From the NCBI GenBank assembly GCA_951406725.2, contig OX597834.1:25234001-25298000 (forward strand): a stretch of DNA of 64,000 nucleotides, written 5' to 3'. Position numbers and translations under genes: made by a program. Below the pieces are notes generated by a model. It had not been told where the DNA came from, did no database searches, and was given only the letters and a program-made list of their open reading frames with translations. Numbering within the stretch: position 1 is the first letter of the stretch; the number at the start of each line of letters is the position of its first letter. This document shows positions 56,290 through 64,000 of this stretch, piece after piece. The DNA comes from Octopus vulgaris. Lineage: Eukaryota.

Positions 56290-57414
56290 TGCGTGCGCCA
56301 AAAGGAGTTATTTTATAGCATTCTTTCGTTTATAGCGGCAAAGTTATCAACTCGATCACATGGTCGATCATATGGGATCACATTGACTGTTCGTTAATTT
56401 CCGTAATTTTAAATTTTTTAATCTTTGAAGAGAGCGAATATTGAAAGAGAGGAGAAAGTGAAAATGTGAATTTGCTTTGAAGTGAGAGCAGAAAGTGAAG
56501 GAGAGGAGAAAGTGAAATATTATGTACGTGTATATGAAATGGACGCGCGCGCGCGCGTGTCGGAGTGTGGGCGCGTATGTGTGTGTGTGTATGAGAGAGA
56601 GAGAAAGTGTGTGTGAGTGAAGATGTGTGTTGTCGTGTATATATTTTTTGCATGTATGTGTGACACTCAGTCGTTCTTTCTCTCTCTCTCTCTCTCTTTC
56701 ACACCCATTATCTTTCATATACACGTACATAAATACATATGCATGCATCGTTTTTGTATGTATGTGTGCGTGTGCATGTGAGAGAGAGAGAGAGAGAGAG
56801 TGAGTGACTGTATCTCGTCATAACATACTGAGAAATGGGTATCTATGAAATTTTTATGGTTGTGGCTTATTTTAACACAATATTTATGTGTACATTTTCA
56901 TAAATGTTTGTCTGAGTAGAATTTTATGCATGCGTGAAACATCGGACGTAAGTGAAACATTGGAAGCAAATCGAAATATTGCCCGAAAATGACCTCAAAA
57001 TTGTGCTACCCGACCTCTATTCCGAGGTTATTTTAGTAGTAAAGAAGAGTTGCGTCAAAAACATAGTTTATTTGGTAAATAGATTATAAGCAGCTTTCTT
57101 TATTATAGTGCAGATGTGAGTAATTCAGATAAACATTATTCACACATCGTCATTGTCGTAATACAACACTTCGTAATTTTGGTTCAAATTGAAAGTGTGA
57201 AATTATTTTCACTTTCTAATGAAACCTGGTCATTGTAGAGAAGTGTATTTCAAATGACTATAGCTGGTTGTTGAGATAATGTAGGAAATATGTAAATGAA
57301 AATAAAGTTTATTTGGTAGCCGAAAAATTACTAAATCTCTTGATACCACAGCGACAAAACTGGCAACTCAGTTTTCGAATGCATAAGGAACATATACACG
57401 CGCACACATACAAA

Positions 57415-57588
57415 CTCTATTATATATATCGATGTTTATAACTATGTATATGTACATATATATGTATGTATGTATGTACCTATGTATGTATGTATGTATG
57501 TATATATGTATATATGTATGCATGTGTATATGTATGTATATATATGCATGTATATATATGCATGTATATATATATGTATGCTTGTGTA

Positions 57589-57624
<36 letters not shown>

Positions 57625-57760
57625 TGTATGTATGTATGTATGTATGTATGTATGTATCACTAAAACTCGAGAACTACCCAACGGATTTCATTCAAATTTA
57701 TACATGCCTTATTTAGGGCCCATGCAGTGTCAAGGGCCAAAAAACACCCACCACCATCCC
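57415..57760 (+). mobile_element. Helitron-like non-autonomous element with internal (TATG)n
   Basis: (tatg)n followed by tatcactaaaactcgagaactacccaacggatttcattcaaattt; family recognised by resemblance only. Confidence 0.4.
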
Positions 57761-57911
57761 TGTTATCACTGACTTCTTTACCTGTACCTCTAGTAATGTT
57801 ATTTACTGCATCTCCTGCTCTCTCTCTCTCTCTCTTTCTCTCTCCCTCCCTCCCTCTCTCTCTTTCTCTCTCCCCCCCTCTCTCTCTCTCTCTATCTCTC
57901 CTTCCTTATGC

Positions 57912-57999
57912 ATTAGTCAAACGGGACACCGCTTGGCTGACTGGTTCGAGGAGCACCTCCGAGACATCAGACTCTTTCTGACACCCCGGTCTCGCGCCA

Positions 58000-58005
<6 letters not shown>
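57912..58005 (+). pseudogene. Penelope-like GIY-YIG fragment
   Basis: SQTGHRLADWFEEHLRDIRL../DTPVSRHFR (like IGQTGRRL.DRF.EH). Confidence 0.7.
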
Positions 58006-58037
<32 letters not shown>

Positions 58038-58060
58038 TATATATATATATGTATATATTA

Positions 58061-58215
58061 TCTCTATATATAAAACTGAATTGCGTTTTTACCGCTTGGT
58101 TCGCTTTCAATGCCACTACATCCCGTCCGATTCGCTCCAAAATTTACAGGGACATGTAGAATGAGGTGACGATGCGCGTGGGCTACCTTACAAATCCCTA
58201 TCTTAAAAGGTGTGG
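58061..58215 (+). mobile_element. Helitron-like 5' end
   Basis: a|TCtctatatataaaactg start resembles 15479. Confidence 0.45.
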
Positions 58216-58606
58216 TTGCTAGGGGCCATCTTCCTACCTCACTCTATTTCCTCCAGTACTCTGTCACTCCTCTTCATTTGACAATGCAACTACCGTTATT
58301 TAATGTAAAGTCTTCCTCAAATCACTCTCGCTGTTTACTCTCTTCCAAGAACATTTTCACTCACTCTATCTCTTACCTTCCTATACATTTTACTCATGTA
58401 TCTATCAGCGTTCATGGACAGTAACAAATATTACATCGTCATCCCCATCGCCATCGCATTCTATTGTCTACCTGTCAACACACACACACACACACACATA
58501 TACATATATCTAATATTATATTTTTATTTTTATGTTTTTGTTTTCGGTTTTTTACTGTTTCATTTCCCTATTAGTGGTTTTCTCTCTAATTTAATTTCTA
58601 CAGCGT

Positions 58607-58645
<39 letters not shown>

Positions 58646-58891
58646 TATGTGGCCCCAGTACACCCGAATGAAATCGGGTTCTCTTCATCAAAATGTGAAA
58701 AGGGGTCTACAATTATCATCGCCACAACTTATGTATGTCTTCCTCACTCACTCACTCTTTTTCCTAATGATAATTATCATCGCCACCACCAACACCACCA
58801 GCACACAATCTGGACAATCTTTCTCTTATAACAAATCATGTTTACATTGCAACGACGTCTGCCACCTCCACCGTCTCTATTTATTCTGCAA

Positions 58892-59047
58892 ATGACCAGA
58901 ACTCGGGAAACTTGCTTGAGTGTTCTATGGTCTATGACCAGAACTCGGGAAACTTGCTTGACTGTTCTATGGTCTATGACCAGAAATCGGGAAACTTGGT
59001 TGAGTGTTCTATGGTCTATGACCAGAACTTGGGAAACTTGGTTGAGT
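58892..59047. repeat. 42-bp tandem repeat, 3.7 copies
   Basis: atgaccagaactcgggaaacttgcttgagtgttctatggtct at 58892, 58934, 58976 and 59018. Confidence 0.93.
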
Positions 59048-59731
59048 CCTCATCTTATAAAATGTGGCCCCAGTAGACCCAAATGAAATCGGGTTATATT
59101 AACCAAAAGGTGAAACGGGGTATAAATGGGGCTGGAAGGGGATTAAAATTTAAAGGAGCGGGTGTTTAGCAATTCTCTGTTACATCAAGCTAAAAAATTT
59201 GCGCCAGCCTTTTAATCGTCAATGTGCTGCCGTCCACGATGAAGAAGTTTTGAATGCTTGCCATCGTGAGTCTACTGTCGTGAGAAAGAATCAAGTCAAA
59301 ACTTGGTTTTTAGGGATTTTCTTTTACATCAAGTTCAAAATTTTACGCCAGCCGTTGAACTGTCAATACGGTGCTGTCCGTCGTTAAGAAATGCCAGCCA
59401 TGGTGACTCTACTATCCTCAAATTCTATCCCTTCACACTTTGGTTTCCAATATTTTACTATTTTTATTCAGCTCGCAAGTTCGTCTGTCCCTTTTAAATG
59501 TTAGTGTTTTGCTGTCTGTCTTGAAGCAGACCTTTCCTTTGTAACTGCCTGATATTTATGATTGATCTTTCTAAATATTTTATTTCTCAACTTACTCAAG
59601 ATCTTTTGTTGTTTATAAATGGGAGAGAGATACATAAAGATAGAGAGTAAGAAAAAGTGAGGGAGAGTCAGAGAGAAAGGAAGAGTAAGAGAGTGGGAAA
59701 GTGAGAGAGAAAGGAGAAAGAAACAAAGAGG

Positions 59732-59737
<6 letters not shown>

Positions 59738-59762
<25 letters not shown>

Positions 59763-60055
59763 GTTTAACGCCCGTTTTCCGTGCTAGCACGGGTTGGACA
59801 GTTTGACAGGGGTCTGGGAAGCCAGGAGGCTGCACCAGGCTCCAGTCTGATCTGGCAGTGTTTCGACAGGTGGATGCCCTTCCTAACTCCAACCACTCTG
59901 TGAGCGTAGTGGGTGCTTTTTTCGTGCCGCCTGCACAGGTGCCAGGGGCTGGCAGCGGCCACGATCGGTTGGTGCTTTTTACGTGCCACCAGCACAGAAG
60001 CCAGTCAAGGCGGCGCTGCAATCCGCCACGTTCGGATGGTGCTTTTTACGTGCTG
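59738..60055 (-). mobile_element. SINE with RTE-like segments, internal repeats and (GAT)n tail
   Basis: catcatcatcgtttaacg.ccgttttcc.tgctagca.gggttggac ... ggatgcccttcctaac.ccaacc; three ggtgcttttt.cgtgc units. Confidence 0.75.
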
Positions 60056-60120
60056 AAAGGAAGAAACAGAAAGTAACAACCACACTCTTACCCGCGCGTA
60101 GAGCGGGTCACCTTCAGCTA

Positions 60121-60163
<43 letters not shown>

Positions 60164-60177
60164 CATACATACATACA

Positions 60178-60208
<31 letters not shown>

Positions 60209-61501
60209 GAAAAAATATATAAACAACCGACAAAACGTATAAACAAATGTAAAATATATAAAATATATATGCACATACACATACATATTTGTATTATGTA
60301 TGTATAATGTTATTTCTGTGTATGTATAAGAACATGTTTGCAAGTATGTATATGCCTTAATAATGCCGCAATTTAACTACCAAAACCCCGAATAATATAC
60401 ATTTTCGTTGTCCGTCCTCGGAATTTCCTCCTTAAGTTTGAACACCTTTACAAAGAAAACATTTTTTTAGCGATGTTGTTGCTGTTACTGTTGTTGTTTC
60501 TGCTGCTGTTAGTGTTGCTTTTAGTCACACAAAAGACAATTATTTAGTTTGTACTTCCATTCTGCAATGTTTGCTTGTTTCTCCTTAGTACCACTTGTCT
60601 AGCTATTCCACCATTTTGTTAATATACAGGAATTATTTCTTCCATTAATTCTGTACTGTTTTTATTCCAGAATATCTCATAAGCGTATAGTAACATCATT
60701 AGAGAGCAAAGTGAAGATCAGAGAGAAGGGAAGAATAGGAAAAAGAAAGCCAAGTGTTGTTGCTGAATCATAGGAGTTGCGGTGTCAGTTTGATCATAAT
60801 ATTGTTTATCCTTGGTGTCTGTAATCAAATGACTGGTACTTCTTAGATGTACTTTATCTCTGTTAATTACTACGGCTGCTAATAAAACATAAGAACGTCA
60901 AAGAACTTCGAGGGAAAATGACATTATGTAAGCAATACGAAATACTTAAGATATCTGGTAAGAAGTTAAACATTCATGTCTCGCTGAGTTTCAAACAAAA
61001 TTATATCCAATTGTAGTTAGGAAAGCCATGGAAGGGAGAGGGTAACGATACGCTTTGGCACTGCCATTTTGGCGATGCTTATTGGACATCTCGGATTCGA
61101 CGCCGACTTATTTGACATCAGATGTTTTAAAGTTCCTCTCGATTTTTTCTTTCTCTTTCTCATTCTCTCTCTATCTCTCTCTCATCTATCTATCTATTTC
61201 TATCTCTCTCACTTCTCACTCTCTCTCCTCTCTCTTTTTCTCTATATCACTCTCTTTACTCTCTCTGTCTCTCTGTCTCTCTGTCTCTCTCTCTCTGTCT
61301 TTCTCGCTCCCTCTCTCTCCCCGTTTATGTGTGTGAGGAGTGAGAAAGTGCTATTGCTAATCGCGTTCAATTAACGAATTGTTATGTCTAACTCTTTCCT
61401 CCTCCTCTCTCTCTCTCTCTCTCTGTCCCTCTTTTTCTCTCGCTCGTTTTCTATCTATATTCTATATTTTTGCGCATGCGTAGGTGTGTGTGTGTGTTTA
61501 C

Positions 61502-61597
61502 CTCCAGCACCAAAAATACTACCACCAAAACATGCCGAACGTCCATTCGTCTGTGCCAATCCATCAGCGTCCAAACAACTGCGCTAAATCGTTTCAT
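61502..61597 (-). CDS. Candidate first coding exon with a signal-peptide-like segment, unidentified host gene
   Basis: Unique-looking sequence; ATG at 61597 gives MKRFSAVVWTLMDWHRRMDVRHVLVVVFLVLE ending at a GAG|GTAAAC donor; no homology recognised. Confidence 0.3.
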
Positions 61598-62234
61598 ACT
61601 GAGGAATGAGAATGGCACGGTGTCAGTCAAAAACAGCTTTGTACAAACGGCAGAGGGATTTGAAGTCGATGTAGTTAAGAGAACCACAGGTGTTCAATTC
61701 AGACAGCGAAGAGTCTCCTTCAGAACAGAGGGTCTAATTCTTCTATTTTTCTATCATCGGTTTTAACAAGAAGCTGGGGGCCAATATGGGGGTACAGCCA
61801 TTATATAAACACACTGTGAAATAACTCTTTCAGATAACCGTTCGAATTCTGGACAACAATTCGTAATGGTGGAGTAGATTTAATATAAGGAAGAATTAGC
61901 AAGAAAAACGGCAAATCTACGGTGCCCGGTATTTTCTATTTCTTGTTACTTGAGAAATTTTTTTATTGAATGACATGTTGTTCAAAAGGTTTTTATGTGT
62001 GTGTATATGTGTGTGTGTGTGTCCGACAATTCTAGACGTGTGTTTAACACGCGTATGTATCCCTGTCAATAAATAAAAGAACGTAAATACATATAATACT
62101 TTTTTTTTTTTTTATTTTGCCTTCCTCTGACAAGGAATTTCTTTCAGCGAAATGTGAAATAAAAAGTGAAACATTCTAATTTCGTTAATCGAGGTTTTGG
62201 TAAATTTATATACATACATACATATACATACATA

Positions 62235-62303
<69 letters not shown>

Positions 62304-63121
62304 CATATATGCATATATACATATGTATGTATATACGTAGGTGTATACATATAAGTACGCGTACGTGTATACACATATATGCATATATATATATGTGTGT
62401 GTATGTATGTATATATACATATCTACATACATATATACACATATATGTGTATATATACATATGTGTGTGTGTATGAATAAATATGAATATATATGTGCAT
62501 GTATATAGATGTGTGTGTATGCGTATGTTCGTGTGTATGTATGTATGTATGTATGTATGTATGTATGTATGTATGTATGCATGTATGTATGTATGTATGT
62601 ATGTATGTATGTATGTATGTATGTATGTGTGTGTGTGTGTATGTATGTATATCTATATAGAAGAAAAGATTAAAGAAAAGAGGAAGAGGACAGCAGCAAG
62701 AATGATAGATTGATAGATAAACGGATCGATAGATCGATAGCGAGATCGAAATTGATAAAGAATTGGTGACTTAATTACAAAACTTATTTATATTCGTAAA
62801 TATATGTATGTACATTTCTAAGTATATATATATCTGTGTGTGTGTGTTGTGTGTGTGTGTTGTGTGTGTGTTGTGTGTGTGTGTGTAGATATATACATAT
62901 ACATCCATGTATGTATGTATGCATGTATGTATGTACGTATATGCATATGTAAGTATATAGATATGTATCTATGTATCAGTATATCGATGTATATGTGTAT
63001 GTGTGTACGTATGCATATATGTATGTGTATGTCTATGTAGTAATATATGCATATACATATGTGCCTGTGCGCATGTGTATGTGCGCACAAATATATGTGA
63101 GTGTGTGCGTGTGTGTATATA

Positions 63122-63195
<74 letters not shown>

Positions 63196-63243
63196 CATAC
63201 ATACAAATATATATATATTCATATGTGCAAATATGTATGTATT

Positions 63244-63309
<66 letters not shown>

Positions 63310-63780
63310 TGTATGTATGTGTGTATATATATATGATTATGTGTATGAATGTATACATATGTGTACGTATGTACAGGTACAGCTGTATGTGAACGTATAT
63401 ATGTGCCCGGAAGCATGAGCGAGTGTATGCATGTGTGTATAAGTGTGTGTACATGTGAGTCAGTGTGTGAGGGGGGCGTGAATTTTTGCTATAATCACGT
63501 AATTGAGAAGCAAAAAAACCCCACTTGTTTGCAATATTTTAATGCGTGTATAGTCTTATGTTCATGTATATATATATATTCATATATATATATATTCATA
63601 TATATATATATATCCATACGCTGAATGTATAGTTTAAGTAGAGTGTGTAGTGTGTGTGTATGTGCACAGAACAATTTTGTTTCTTCTGCATATGTAAATG
63701 TGTATAAACACAATTGCATGTGTGTTTATATGTATAGCTTGTTACGCGTATGTGAATATGTGTTTTTTCTGCTTCTCAAT

Positions 63781-63814
<34 letters not shown>

Positions 63815-63934
63815 CGTGCGTGCGTATGTGTGTGTGTGTATTTATTGATATGTGCAATTATGTGCTTAATACGCCTGTGTGTGAGAGAAAGTGTCTGCAT
63901 GATATGTAATGCGTGTGTGCGAGAGTGTGCGTGT

Positions 63935-64000
<66 letters not shown>

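Noticed and set aside
58892-59047. CRISPR-like regular repeat
   Set aside because: Head-to-tail 42-bp units with no unique spacers, no cas genes, animal context

Overview
AT-rich, microsatellite-saturated animal DNA with no confidently identifiable host protein-coding gene. The repeat families and the (TA)n/(TATG)n/(GATA)n load suggest an octopod cephalopod; this is inference from recall, not a database result. Most ORF-track entries are translations of simple repeats. Supported content: (1) one structurally intact tRNA-Leu(TAA) gene, fused to a SINE-type 3' tail and inserted into another repeat; (2) several tRNA-derived SINE families; (3) decayed mariner, Tc1-like DD36E and maT DD37D transposons, a TA-flanked MITE and Helitron-like elements; (4) CR1-, RTE-, R4/Dong- and Tx1-like LINE fragments; (5) Penelope-like (PLE) RT and GIY-YIG remnants. 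Three patterns stand out: the pre-tRNA/SINE-tail chimera, many minimal type I hammerhead-ribozyme motifs (often as back-to-back inverted pairs in or next to microsatellites), and repeated fold-back or inverted-flank duplications at (TA)n. All coordinates were read by eye; edges are approximate unless a motif is quoted.
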